Notes under the pieces: model-generated
The model's database searches: none
What the model was told of the DNA's origin: nothing
Seen by the model: the letters and a program-made list of their open reading frames with translations, nothing else
Shown here: positions 1 through 11,554 of the stretch, piece by piece
How positions within the stretch are numbered: the stretch's first letter is position 1
How the letters are laid out: each line of letters opens with the position of its first letter
NCBI GenBank assembly: GCA_964658305.1
Contig: OZ210885.1
Coordinates: 24,180,001-24,244,000 of the forward strand
Direction of reading: 5' to 3'
Source of the DNA: Leptogorgia sarmentosa
Taxonomy: Eukaryota
Length of the DNA: 64,000 nt
Program-made: the position numbers and the translations under genes

Positions 1-398
1 CAACATTACAGTAAAAATCTACAAAATGGTCCAATGAGTAAAGAGCAATGCCACAATTTCCTGATACAGAAACCACACAATATAGAACATTAACTACAAT
101 ATTAAAACCATTTGCCCCAGATGTGTATATATATACTACATATTTTCACATTTACCTAATGCCCATTTGTCCAGTAAACCAGTCATCCATGTATGCAAGT
201 CTTTATAATTAAGGTCCTCTAATAGATTGATGTCAAAATCTGGAAATGATGGATACCCATCTCTTCCTGGAATTCTGGTGAAGACTTTTTTGTCAACCAG
301 GTCAGTAACAATCTGTTTGACTGTGATTTCATCCTTGCCTGTGGAACGATATCCTTTCCGTTGCTGTAATGTACATTGTTTGTCAATGAAATGAAACA

Positions 399-1120
399 AT
401 GAGATGAATGAAACTTTTTACTTTTGCCTACCGTACACAGGCCAACATGGTCTGCAACTACGCACGCAACTTCGTAAATTATTTTCATCAGCTTACCCAC
501 ATCTATCAATCCACTTTGTCTTTCGTCCTATGTGTAGACTGTCTGACTTTTTTCCATTCAAGGACCGAATTCCTTTTGCTATGAGATTGCATGTTGTGTA
601 CAAATATAAGTGTCAATGTGACGCATTGTATGTTGGTCAAACACGCCGACATATACACACGCGAATCTCAAAACATATGGGAGTTTCGTCTAGAACTGGG
701 AATAAGCTCTCAGTCTCTCAAATGTCTGCTGTTCTAACTCACCACCATTTCACTAAACACACCATTTCACCACTAATCCCACTCGAACTTGACCTGATCA
801 CTTAATTCTCTGTAACAACTAATGAACTTATTCCTGCTTTTGACATATCGTTTTTCTAAATCTTTTCTTATTTGTTCTTTTGTATTTGAATTTTAACCGT
901 TTGTAATATAAAACTCATATAATCATGTATATATAGATACACCAACTATTACATTATCATTATAGCTCTGATGATGTTGCGATGTAGCAACGAAACGTTA
1001 GCAATAAATTTTACATAAAACTGGATGGTTTTAATATGTATGCATTAAAAATCGCTTGCTGGGCACTAATATTCATATTCAGATTAAGATTCCCGCCTGG
1101 TATTTCAATTGCCACAATTC
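399..1120 (+). mobile_element. 5'-truncated Penelope-like retroelement (GIY-YIG endonuclease end plus 3' region)
   Basis: ORF 404-805 has LPYTG...VVYKYKCQCDALYVGQTRRHIHTRISKH (GIY-YIG). A hammerhead lies downstream. It is flanked by a near-perfect 12-bp TSD, tgaaatgaaaca (387-398) and tggaatgaaaca (1121-1132). Confidence 0.85.
960..1007 (+). ncRNA. Minimal type I hammerhead ribozyme
   Basis: ttatagct-CTGATGA-t-gttgc(gatgta)gcaac-GAAAC-GTT-agcaataa: both core boxes, stem II, stem I and a loopless palindromic ACGT stem III. Confidence 0.8.
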
Positions 1121-1696
1121 TGGAATGAAACAGTAATTCCAGACCCTCCAATGCATTTGATACCCTTGCTGCATTTTTTTCAATAATATTGGACCCCAGT
1201 GCCCTTAATTGGGTCTTAAGAAGCTTGTTCAATTGCTCTATTCTCAAATCCACAGGAATGTTTTTTCCTTTCCCACCATACTTATTAAAAAATCGGTTCC
1301 ATACAAGAGAGTGTGACTGTTGTTCTGATAAGGCAGCATTTACTCTAACAAGGTGCAGCAGTGTTACAAAAGCATATTTATGGTGACCATAACACTTGTA
1401 TAACAACAGAGCAAATTTATACACCCTTGTTAGTCGTTCTCCATCTCCTTCCTTTACTGCATCTTCAAATTCGAAGATTAACAAGCCAAATGCTAGTTTT
1501 GCACAATGGTAATTGTAAATATAGTCCTCTGTATCCTGGCCATCATCTGCATTGGGTTCTTGGGATTCAGGATAGTTTTGTTGGTGTTCATTATACTCAT
1601 GTCTAATAATGAAAATCAAATGGTTAAAATTATTCACTGATGACTTGCTGAAAACAAAGGGCACTATGATATATCTGGCTAAACACTCACTAATTG

Positions 1697-4462
1697 ATTA
1701 ATTTGAAACCCGAGGACAGAGATGCCTTTCGATTTGTTTTCGAATTAATAGATGGGTCGGAAGAGCAATTCAGATTTACGAGGATACCATTTGGCGCAGA
1801 AGCGAGCCCCTTCCTTCTCGGAGCCACCCTGCAGTACCATTACAACAACCACCCGGAAGGGGTGTATGCCAACACCTTGCTGGCACTCAGGGAGAACACC
1901 TATGTCGATAACTTAATGAAGACTGGGGACAGTGTCGAAGAGCTGGAGGAGTTTAGGAAGGAAGCAACTGTCATTATGGACGAGGGGAAGTTCCCGTTAC
2001 ACAAATGGGAGTCAAATGTTCGTTCGTTAGAGAGTGCGGACATGCCAGATCCTGGGAAGATACTAGGTTTGACGTGGCATAAACGGGATGACGTACTGGA
2101 GATTCAAGTTCCGGCGCCAGATAACATGAACGGGCGGCAGATAACGAAGAAATCCATCTTGAGTCACTTGGCTGCAATTTATGATCCGCTCGGGTTCATA
2201 TCTCCGACGGTGGTGGAAGGCAAACGCATCTTTCGCGACGCCTGTGACGAAAACCGAAGTTGGGAGTCAGAGGTATCTACAGTACTTGCCAAGGATTGGT
2301 TAAGATGGACTAAACAACTTCGAAACGTCCGAGTACCTAGGAGTGTGATCCGAGAATGCAAGGAAGTGAAGGCGGTTCAATTACATCTCTTTGCTGACGC
2401 GAGTAAGTCAGCGTGTTCTGCGACAACCATCGCCGTCGTCGACTGCGATACGGGAAGAGTGAAAGGATTCCTTACATCGAAATCTCGAATCTCTAAGCGC
2501 AACACATCTATCGCACGCTTGGAGCTGGTCAGTGGCCAGATGGCAGCAAACTTAGCGAAGAATCTTCTCAATGCCCTGAAGAGGCTGCCCATTACATCCG
2601 TTACTGTCTGGATGGACAGTCTCGTTGCACTTTACTGGATTTCGAATCCTGGGAAAGCATGGAAAGTATTTGTCGCGAACAGGGTAAGAAAGATCGCTGA
2701 AATTACGGGAGAAGTCGGCATTGAATGGAAGTACGTACCATCAGGGAAGAATGTTGCTGACGCAGGAAGCCGAGGAGCTACCCTAGACCAAATGGAAAGG
2801 AAAGATTGGTACGATGGGCCTGAATGGTTGCTTAACGAACAAGATTGGCCGACTCAGCCGGTGCTACAGCGATCGTCTACAGTGACAAATGAAGAGAAAC
2901 CGATTAAAGAAATAGTAGCGTTCGTTCAAAACCAGCCAGACGAATGGGACCTCCTGTTGTCGCGCAAACCATACTGGAACACTCTAAGGGTTACGGCATG
3001 GGCACTGCGATTTGTGCGTAACACTCGGGCTAAGAAAATCGGAACGACAAAGGGACCACTAACTAGCGACGAGATAAAAAGCTCCAGAGACGCTTGGATA
3101 CGGAAAGTGCAACGCCAGATTCCAGAAGATGTAGAGAGTAGCGGGTGGAGACTGGAGAAGGACGAGGATACGAATATTCTGCGGTGTTTTGGAAGGATTC
3201 AAGGTTATTCACCGATTTATCTGGAGAGCGGTCTATTCGTCGAGAAGCTAATTCGCCACATTCACGAACAGACAATGCATTTGGGAGTTGCTAGTACGAT
3301 GGGTGCTATTCGGGAGGAATGGTGGATCCCTCGGTTGAGATCTCTAGTGAAGAAAACGATAAGCGATTGCCATACGTGTAAAGTGTTTGCAGCCAAGCCA
3401 TATGGGAAGACGGACACGTCGCCACTACCACAGTTTCGTACGGAAGCGAGTAGGCCCTTTCAAACCACCGGGGTCGACTTCGCTGGTCCGCTGAGTTACA
3501 AAGCCAACAAAAGCAAAGAAGGAAAAGCGTCGATTCTCATTTTCACTTGTTCAGTGACGCGAGCGGTTCATCTAGAAGTCACGAAAACTCAAACTGCCGA
3601 AGAGTTCCAAGACAAGTTGAACGCCTTCATATGTCGGAAGACCAGACCACAACGTATGATATCGGACAACGCAGCTGTTTTCAAAACCACAGCCCAGTGG
3701 ATAAAGAAAATAAGGAAGAGTGAGAAGCTGCAAGATTTTCTGGCGAAACAAAGCATAACTTGGAAATTCAACTTAGCAAAATCCCCCTGGTGGGGCGGAA
3801 TGTACGAGAGAATCATAAAAGAAATTAAAAAGACGCTGTACAAGACACTCGGAAAAACCCATCTTACGTTCGAGCAACTAAGCGCAGTGGTAATGGATAT
3901 CGAACGCCACCTAAATAACCGTCCACTAACCTACATCGAGAGTAACGGAGGGGAGCCGAAAGTTTTGACACCAAATACCGTATTGTGGGGCGACAATTCG
4001 CACATCTTAGAAGACTCGGAACAAGACGGAAATGAAATCACGAAGATGCAGAAACGTCTCAACGCCGCCAGACAACACGCGTGGAACCGTTGGAACAAGG
4101 AGTACGTCCACAGCCTCATGGAGTCACACCGTATACTTAAAGGTGACGGACAATTGCCAAGGATCGGGGAGATCGTGTTGGTGCTCGGGGAAGAAAAGAA
4201 CCGTGGGCTTTGGAAGAGAGGAAAAGTATTACGACACATCATAGGGAAAGACGGCGTCGTGCGGGGAGTTGTTCTTCCACATAAAGGCCATGAAATCGAA
4301 CGACCCATTCAACTAGTCTGCCCACTAGAAATACGAAGTAGCGAAGTGGAAGAGCCGAAAGCATCACCACTCGTAGTTGAGGAGAAACCGGACAGACCAT
4401 CAAGACGGGCAGCAGAAGAGGCTAAGCAAAGAATTAAGAACTTGTTGGAGGACGAAGACTAA
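1697..4462 (+). CDS. BEL/Pao pol, 5'-truncated (RT C-terminal part, RNase H, integrase)
   Basis: RT YVDN; YDPLG; HLFADAS and IARLEL (Pao RNase H); integrase HHCC zinc finger, GVDFAGP, SDNA and WWGGMYER. The ORF starts mid-RT at the duplication junction. Confidence 0.93.
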   Translation: MNLKPEDRDAFRFVFELIDGSEEQFRFTRIPFGAEASPFLLGATLQYHYNNHPEGVYANTLLALRENTYVDNLMKTGDSVEELEEFRKEATVIMDEGKFPLHKWESNVRSLESADMPDPGKILGLTWHKRDDVLEIQVPAPDNMNGRQITKKSILSHLAAIYDPLGFISPTVVEGKRIFRDACDENRSWESEVSTVLAKDWLRWTKQLRNVRVPRSVIRECKEVKAVQLHLFADASKSACSATTIAVVDCDTGRVKGFLTSKSRISKRNTSIARLELVSGQMAANLAKNLLNALKRLPITSVTVWMDSLVALYWISNPGKAWKVFVANRVRKIAEITGEVGIEWKYVPSGKNVADAGSRGATLDQMERKDWYDGPEWLLNEQDWPTQPVLQRSSTVTNEEKPIKEIVAFVQNQPDEWDLLLSRKPYWNTLRVTAWALRFVRNTRAKKIGTTKGPLTSDEIKSSRDAWIRKVQRQIPEDVESSGWRLEKDEDTNILRCFGRIQGYSPIYLESGLFVEKLIRHIHEQTMHLGVASTMGAIREEWWIPRLRSLVKKTISDCHTCKVFAAKPYGKTDTSPLPQFRTEASRPFQTTGVDFAGPLSYKANKSKEGKASILIFTCSVTRAVHLEVTKTQTAEEFQDKLNAFICRKTRPQRMISDNAAVFKTTAQWIKKIRKSEKLQDFLAKQSITWKFNLAKSPWWGGMYERIIKEIKKTLYKTLGKTHLTFEQLSAVVMDIERHLNNRPLTYIESNGGEPKVLTPNTVLWGDNSHILEDSEQDGNEITKMQKRLNAARQHAWNRWNKEYVHSLMESHRILKGDGQLPRIGEIVLVLGEEKNRGLWKRGKVLRHIIGKDGVVRGVVLPHKGHEIERPIQLVCPLEIRSSEVEEPKASPLVVEEKPDRPSRRAAEEAKQRIKNLLEDED

Positions 4463-4528
4463 AGCGACAAAACTGGTTTATTGCATAATGTTGAGTTAAA
4501 ATTAAGTTATACATAATTTTAAGGGGAG

Positions 4529-4727
4529 TGTGACCCGAATTTAGGGACTCTCGCCTGTACGCAGGCGAGGTACAGAACCAGGGGGGAGGGAAAAGAAGGA
4601 CAGAACACGAGGACGTGAGAGTCGATTTGGACTGGGTTTTTATATTTTTCGATTGAGTTGTATTAAATCATTGAGTTTGTATTAAATCATTACAAGAAGA
4701 GTGTGTGCCGTGTCACGCTTCGGTACA
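4529..4727 (+). repeat. 3' LTR of the first BEL/Pao element
   Basis: Follows the polypurine tract aaggggag (4521-4528). Begins TGTGACCCGAA and ends TTCGGTACA (TG...CA, imperfect inverted ends). No second copy is in the window to confirm the right end. Confidence 0.7.
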
Positions 4728-5435
4728 GCTCTTCATACAAGGCCACAATAAAAGGCCTTAATGCATTAGATCCAAAAAAGATGTGTTGCATAAGCAGTGT
4801 GAAGTATAAAGTCAACTTTAAGTAAAATATGGTGAACTGCCAAATCTGTTTAGTTTGCTAACATTTTGACTGAACGCCCTTCATCAGAGTGCATGAATGA
4901 AGTTTCACTCAAATCAACAGCAACCTAAACAGTATTAACACACATTTAGGCTTCTTTATTTTTTAGGTTGTATTAAATGTTATGATGTATTGTATCTTGT
5001 CACAGGATAGGAAACAGTGCTATGTCATTTGGCTTTTCAACATTACAGTAAAAATCTACAAAATGGTCCAATGAGTAAAGAGCAATGCCACAATTTCCTG
5101 ATACAGAAACCACACAATATAGAACATTAACTACAATATTAAAACCATTTGCCCCAGATGTGTATATATATACTACATATTTTCACATTTACCTAATGCC
5201 CATTTGTCCAGTAAACCAGTCATCCATGTATGCAAGTCTTTATAATTAAGGTCCTCTAATAGATTGATGTCAAAATCTGGAAATGATGGATACCCATCTC
5301 TTCCTGGAATTCTGGTGAAGACTTTTTTGTCAACCAGGTCAGTAACAATCTGTTTGACTGTGATTTCATCCTTGCCTGTGGAACGATATCCTTTCCGTTG
5401 CTGTAATGTACATTGTTTGTCAATGAAATGAAACA

Positions 5436-6157
5436 ATGAGATGAATGAAACTTTTTACTTTTGCCTACCGTACACAGGCCAACATGGTCTGCAACTACGC
5501 ACGCAACTTCGTAAATTATTTTCATCAGCTTACCCACATCTATCAATCCACTTTGTCTTTCGTCCTATGTGTAGACTGTCTGACTTTTTTCCATTCAAGG
5601 ACCGAATTCCTTTTGCTATGAGATTGCATGTTGTGTACAAATATAAGTGTCAATGTGACGCATTGTATGTTGGTCAAACACGCCGACATATACACACGCG
5701 AATCTCAAAACATATGGGAGTTTCGTCTAGAACTGGGAATAAGCTCTCAGTCTCTCAAATGTCTGCTGTTCTAACTCACCACCATTTCACTAAACACACC
5801 ATTTCACCACTAATCCCACTCGAACTTGACCTGATCACTTAATTCTCTGTAACAACTAATGAACTTATTCCTGCTTTTGACATATCGTTTTTCTAAATCT
5901 TTTCTTATTTGTTCTTTTGTATTTGAATTTTAACCGTTTGTAATATAAAACTCATATAATCATGTATATATAGATACACCAACTATTACATTATCATTAT
6001 AGCTCTGATGATGTTGCGATGTAGCAACGAAACGTTAGCAATAAATTTTACATAAAACTGGATGGTTTTAATATGTATGCATTAAAAATCGCTTGCTGGG
6101 CACTAATATTCATATTCAGATTAAGATTCCCGCCTGGTATTTCAATTGCCACAATTC
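5436..6157 (+). mobile_element. Duplicate of the Penelope-like fragment
   Basis: Identical to 399-1120 at offset 5037. Confidence 0.85.
5997..6044 (+). ncRNA. Minimal type I hammerhead ribozyme (duplicate)
   Basis: Same sequence as 960-1007. Confidence 0.8.
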
Positions 6158-7574
6158 TGGAATGAAACAGTAATTCCAGACCCTCCAATGCATTTGATAC
6201 CCTTGCTGCATTTTTTTCAATAATATTGGACCCCAGTGCCCTTAATTGGGTCTTAAGAAGCTTGTTCAATTGCTCTATTCTCAAATCCACAGGAATGTTT
6301 TTTCCTTTCCCACCATACTTATTAAAAAATCGGTTCCATACAAGAGAGTGTGACTGTTGTTCTGATAAGGCAGCATTTACTCTAACAAGGTGCAGCAGTG
6401 TTACAAAAGCATATTTATGGTGACCATAACACTTGTATAACAACAGAGCAAATTTATACACCCTTGTTAGTCGTTCTCCATCTCCTTCCTTTACTGCATC
6501 TTCAAATTCGAAGATTAACAAGCCAAATGCTAGTTTTGCACAATGGTAATTGTAAATATAGTCCTCTGTATCCTGGCCATCATCTGCATTGGGTTCTTGG
6601 GATTCAGGATAGTTTTGTTGGTGTTCATTATACTGATGACTTGCTGAAAACAAAGGGCACTATGATATATCTGGCTAAACACTCACTAATTGTTTTCTGG
6701 TAAAGGGTTGGTTTCACAATAAATTATGCCATGATGATTTGAGACAAACCCAGAGTCAAATATGAGGTTCAAGTAAAACCATCAATAAATTGCAGTATAA
6801 TATTCTAATGAGTGATTTGTACCTTTTTGGGAAGAGCTCCTGCCAATAAGAAAGTATTATAATGCAATATTCTGAATACCTGTTTCGTGTTGCCTTTGTG
6901 CTGTAAACCAACCCACACTTTGATCGACAGCGAAAGTACCCAAAGTCATCAATGTCACCTTCACCATTGTCTACAAACATATTGTGTTTTTGAATCTCAT
7001 GCCTATAAAAGATCAAATTGCAGTGGTGAATTGTGGCTGAACTTTTGAAAACACCTGAATCAGATGTACTTTTTATATATTATTTAAAGTACACAGCCAT
7101 AAGAAGTGTAGCCTTTTACACAACCAATTTATTTTTTTCTTATGACTGTGCTACTCCCTGTCATATTCACTACCAAGGTTACAGTCAATTAGTATACATA
7201 ATACCTGATGCGCTTGGAATGGTACACAAACTGGGAACCACATTTTTCATCACGGCATGGATAAGGACCTTTACTGAGTAATTGTAGTTGGTTTGTCTGT
7301 TCGACAAGGTTGCTGACTTCTGAGTAGCCCAGGTACTTTTCAATTGCTGACATAATTCTAGAAACCAATTTCTTCTCGTCATTTTATCAACACCAGCATC
7401 TGGTATGACCATCAATGGTTGTTCTACAAAAAAATACCCACAAATTATTACAGCACAAGAATCATGCATAAGCTGATGCAACAAGGCAAGGTACCTTCTA
7501 ATGTTCTAATGCCAAGCATGTCCATGAAAGAGGAACAAATGTGGGCTTCAACCTCTTTGCAGTGAAAATCTTTA

Positions 7575-7945
7575 TGTGATGTTAGACGAAGTACGTCATG
7601 TTAGACTTTTCATAGAGACTCAGCCCAGCGTCCCGTGGGTTTATAAAGCGCGGTTGGCGGCCATTTTTTATATTTTTGTTCTTACTTTGAGCACAAATGG
7701 AGATACAATCGGAGCCTAATCGGAGCATTGATACGGAGACTAAAGGGAGTTTGTAGATAGCAAACAGGCCTAAGATGTATGTACTGTTTTTCTATGTTAT
7801 TTGTTACTTATTGCCTGTATTTTGTCATTAATAGTATTTGTTTATATTGTATGTAATTTGTAGTTTTCACCGTGGTTTGAATAAAATATATGGAAACTAT
7901 TCGTGCCTCTGGTTGACACGTCGTTCCCACTCTGGGGACGCTACA
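7575..7945 (+). repeat. 5' LTR
   Basis: Direct repeat of 17362-17732; contains tttataaa and aataaa. Confidence 0.96.
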
Positions 7946-7992
7946 GTGAAAAATCTACGGTTCCTGACATCCGTGTTAAACGATAAAGCATC

Positions 7993-9629
7993 ATGTCGAA
8001 TTCAGGCGAAGAAATTAATGATGAAACACACGAGGTCCGTACGAGAGCCCCGAGTCGCAAAGGTTACCATAATTTGTTGGTCAACAGGACTTCTACATGT
8101 AACAAAGCTACAAAGAATCTGCAAAAAGACATTGAGCAAGTGAATAAGTCAATGGAGGATCCTGAAATGTTGGAGAAAGCATCAGACACGCTCAAGGACA
8201 GCAAAGAACATTACGAGAGATTACTCGAAGAACTAGAACAGCTGTTTCTTCAAGACAAATGGGGCGAAGCAGTCTCAGTAAAACCAACTGTACAAACAGT
8301 CAGTAAGAGATATCTTGAAGCCGTAGATATAGCTATCCACGAAGCTTCTTCCAGGATTAAGAACCTACATGCGAGTCAAGAACGAAAATCAACTAGGACA
8401 GCAGATACCTTGAAGTTGTCATTTGGACTCAAGTTACCTAAAACCCCAGTCACTCCAGTCGCCACTGTAAAGCGGTCAGCTGACACGAGTGAATTAAACC
8501 TGGCGAGCACATCATCTCTAATATCCAGGCGTTCAAGATACTCGGGTAAAACGGCAACTTCGCGTTCATCACTTCAATCTGAGAGGACAAAGGCACTGGC
8601 AGATGTTGCAGCCGCTAAAGAACAAGCGGGACACGATATGTTGATGGCCGAGGGAGAAAACGCAAGAAAACTCCAGCAAGCTCAAGAGGAGTTAAAGAGG
8701 GCAAAAGCACAAGCACAACATGATCACGACATGGCAATTCTAAAAGCCAGGAAATTAGAAGCTGTAGCTAAAGCCAAGCTGGATGCTATTGAACAGTCAA
8801 TCGAGGAAGAGGAAAACGTCTTGCCTTCGACAAGTTGGAGATCAAGCACTGCCTCATCGAAGCGTACCCAAGAATGGGTTCAGAGCCAACCTCTTTATCA
8901 TAACGAAGCTGAAGAAAGGATTGATCAAGAGGATGCTGAAAAGGTCATGGTGTATTCAACTCCACATACTGGAAGTCGCCCACAAAGACCTGTGTTACCA
9001 CAAACTCACGATGCAAATAAGGCGCAACAACCAATTGACGTTGTACAGCAGTGTATGGGAGCAATGGCAACTACAAACGAGCGATTGACATCAAGACTGG
9101 CAAGACTGAGCCTCCCAAAGTGTCATCCAGATGTGTTCTCTGGTGATGCTACGATGTTTTTTCCGTGGAAAAGCGCGTTAAATGGGACAAACAAGTCGTT
9201 GAATTCACTTCTAAGAACCGTGATGCCTATCCCACCTTTGCAGTATTTGCGTCAATGATCGAAAGCCAGTCATTGCTCAAGAATCACCCGAACGTTACAG
9301 TTATCGACAAACGTCTACCGAGAGATTGTTGTAAACCACCTATCCCACCGCCTGATCCTCTGTCTACGGTTCTGAAGGGTGAAGTCACCATAGAAGGAGA
9401 TACTAAAGAAACCTATTGTGCGTTTCATAAATGCAATGGTGGACACATGATATCAGAATGTAAAGCCTTTGCTAAGAAGACCTTGGACGAAAAAACACAA
9501 TGGATAAGACAAGAAAGGTTATGTTTCCGATGCTTACTCCCAAATCATATAGCCAAACAATGCAAAACGATATTAAATGTGGAGCCTGTGGCAGTGTACG
9601 TCATCCAACCCTACTCCACAAGGTGGTAA
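7993..9629 (+). pseudogene. BEL/Pao gag (coiled-coil region and zinc knuckles), frameshifted
   Basis: ORF 7993-9258 contains PDVFSGDATMFFPWK. Cys/His knuckles CAFHKCNGGHMISEC, CFRCLLPNHIAKQC and CGACGSVRHPTLLH follow in other frames. Frame breaks near 9185 and 9575. Confidence 0.85.
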
Positions 9630-11554
9630 AGAATGCTGAAAGCGACGAAGTAACAACGACCCAGACGAGAATTGGTTCCAACGCCGGCAGAAATTATTCC
9701 TGCAGTAAAATCGTCCTACTGAATGTGTTTCAACAAAGAGATCCACTAACAACGAAAAGAGTTTATGCTATCATAGACGAGCAAAGCAACGCTTCTATGA
9801 TTAGTCCCGAACTGGTCAACGAATTCGGTATTAATGCTCCTCACGAAAAATATCTGTTGTCGACCTGCAGCGGATCAAAGGAAACAAAGTTTGGTCGTCG
9901 AGTCCCGGGCTTGATGGTAACGTCGATTAAAGGAGGGAAACCCTTGAAGCTACCGACACTAATTGAGTGTGACAATATTCCCGAAGATAAAAGTGAAATC
10001 CCTTCACCAGAAATAGCAAGAAAATATGTCCATCTTCGTAATGTCGCCAAAGAGATTCCGCCCCTAGACAACGAAGCCGAAGTCCAACTTTTGATTGGTC
10101 GAAATGCCCCAGAGCTGTTGAAGGTCAGAGCATTTCGCAACGGACCAAACGGAACTCCATGGCCACACCAGCTAGCTGTCGGTTGGACTATCTGTGGGCA
10201 AGCATGTATCGATCGTCAAGAAGGACCCGTTCACATCAGAACTCATCGCACAATATGTTATGATGAACCTGACCCAACTAGTTTAAGTTCCGATGTTAAC
10301 CTCGCCAAAGAAAGCTGCTCTTCGAGAGAGATCATTCATCACAAGCTGTCACCATGTCTCAATAATTTTAAGGTTCGAGAATCCTTCCCCGGATTAAAGG
10401 GCCATAATGACATCTATCATACAACTGATCGCGATAACGAACCCACCATGTCGATAGAAGACAGGCGTTTTCTTGCAATAATGGAGTCCCAAACCCATAG
10501 AAACCAAGCAGGACATTGGGAGATGCCATTACCCCTCCGATCTAGCAATCCAAGTTTCCCAAACAACAGAGAGTATGTGCTTAAACGATTGAACGGGTTG
10601 TTACGTTCTTTCAAGAGAAACCCAGTAATGGAGCAAGATTACTTCGAGTTTATGGCTAAATTGTTAGAGCGTGGTCATGCCGTTCCAGTTCCGTGCAGCT
10701 TACGAAGTCAAACCCTTGGAAGTACAGCCCCAAATCTGGAAAAAGTTTGGTATCTTCCTCATTTTGGGGTGTACCATCCGTACAAACCAAACAAGATTCG
10801 CGTGGTATTTGACTCATCAGCAGAATTCAAAGGTACATCGTTGAATAAGGAACTCTTGTCAGGTCCAGATGTCCATAACAACCTCATGGGCATACTGATT
10901 CGATTCCGAAGAAACCCTGTCGGTGTTATGTGTGATATAGAGCAAATGTTCCATAGCTTTCACGTTCATCCACCACACCGAGACCTACTTCGATTTCTGT
11001 GGTTTGCCGACAATGATAAGGAAAAAGAAATCATCGATCACCACATGGTAGTACATCTCTTTGGTAATACATCGAGTCCTGCCATAGCGACGTTTGGTCT
11101 GAGAAAGACAGCGATAGAAGGAGAAAGAGAATTTGGTGAACGTGCAAAAGATTTCGTCATGGAAGACTTCTACGTCGACAACGGACTGACCTCTTGTACC
11201 ATGCCCGACGAAGCTATATCCCTTGTCAAAAACACTCAAGCGATGCTGATGACCGCTAACCTGAGACTTCACAAGCTAGCGTCCAATTCAGTAGAAGTAA
11301 TGAATGCATTTCCAGAGCAAGATCGTGTCGACAACCTTAGAGAACTAAACTATTCTCAACCCTTATAATGATATGCAAAGGAAAATTAAGGTATAATCTA
11401 CCATGTATGCATGACTGAGCAAGCACACGTGGTTGTTACGACTCAGGGAGTATAAATATGAGAGAAAATCCTCAAATCTGGCTCAGTTTCTTTCCAGCGG
11501 ATAAGTGAGCAGGACGAACGTCTCTTTATACAATTTTTTACGACCACGAAAATC

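Larger units (their letters stand above)
136..1602 (-). pseudogene. DUF6589-type (AcademH-like transposase) gene, 3' part, duplicated copy 1
   Basis: Motifs DAVKEGDGERL, HHKYA and WNRFFN...GKNIPVDLRIEQLNK match the DUF6589 family as I recall it. The gene is interrupted by the 399-1120 insertion; removing it restores ...LELLFHSIDKQC... Confidence 0.7.
1..1696 (+). repeat. Direct repeat copy 1 (copy 2 at 5038-6692)
   Basis: Same sequence and identical ORF translations at offset 5037. Copy 2 lacks the 41 bp at 1598-1638. Confidence 0.97.
5038..6692 (+). repeat. Direct repeat copy 2
   Basis: Matches 1-1696 apart from a 41-bp deletion bounded by ACT microhomology. Confidence 0.97.

Noticed and set aside
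1974..4308. Antisense and alternate-frame ORFs overlapping BEL pol (likewise over the other long ORFs)
   Set aside because: They are shadow ORFs without recognisable motifs.
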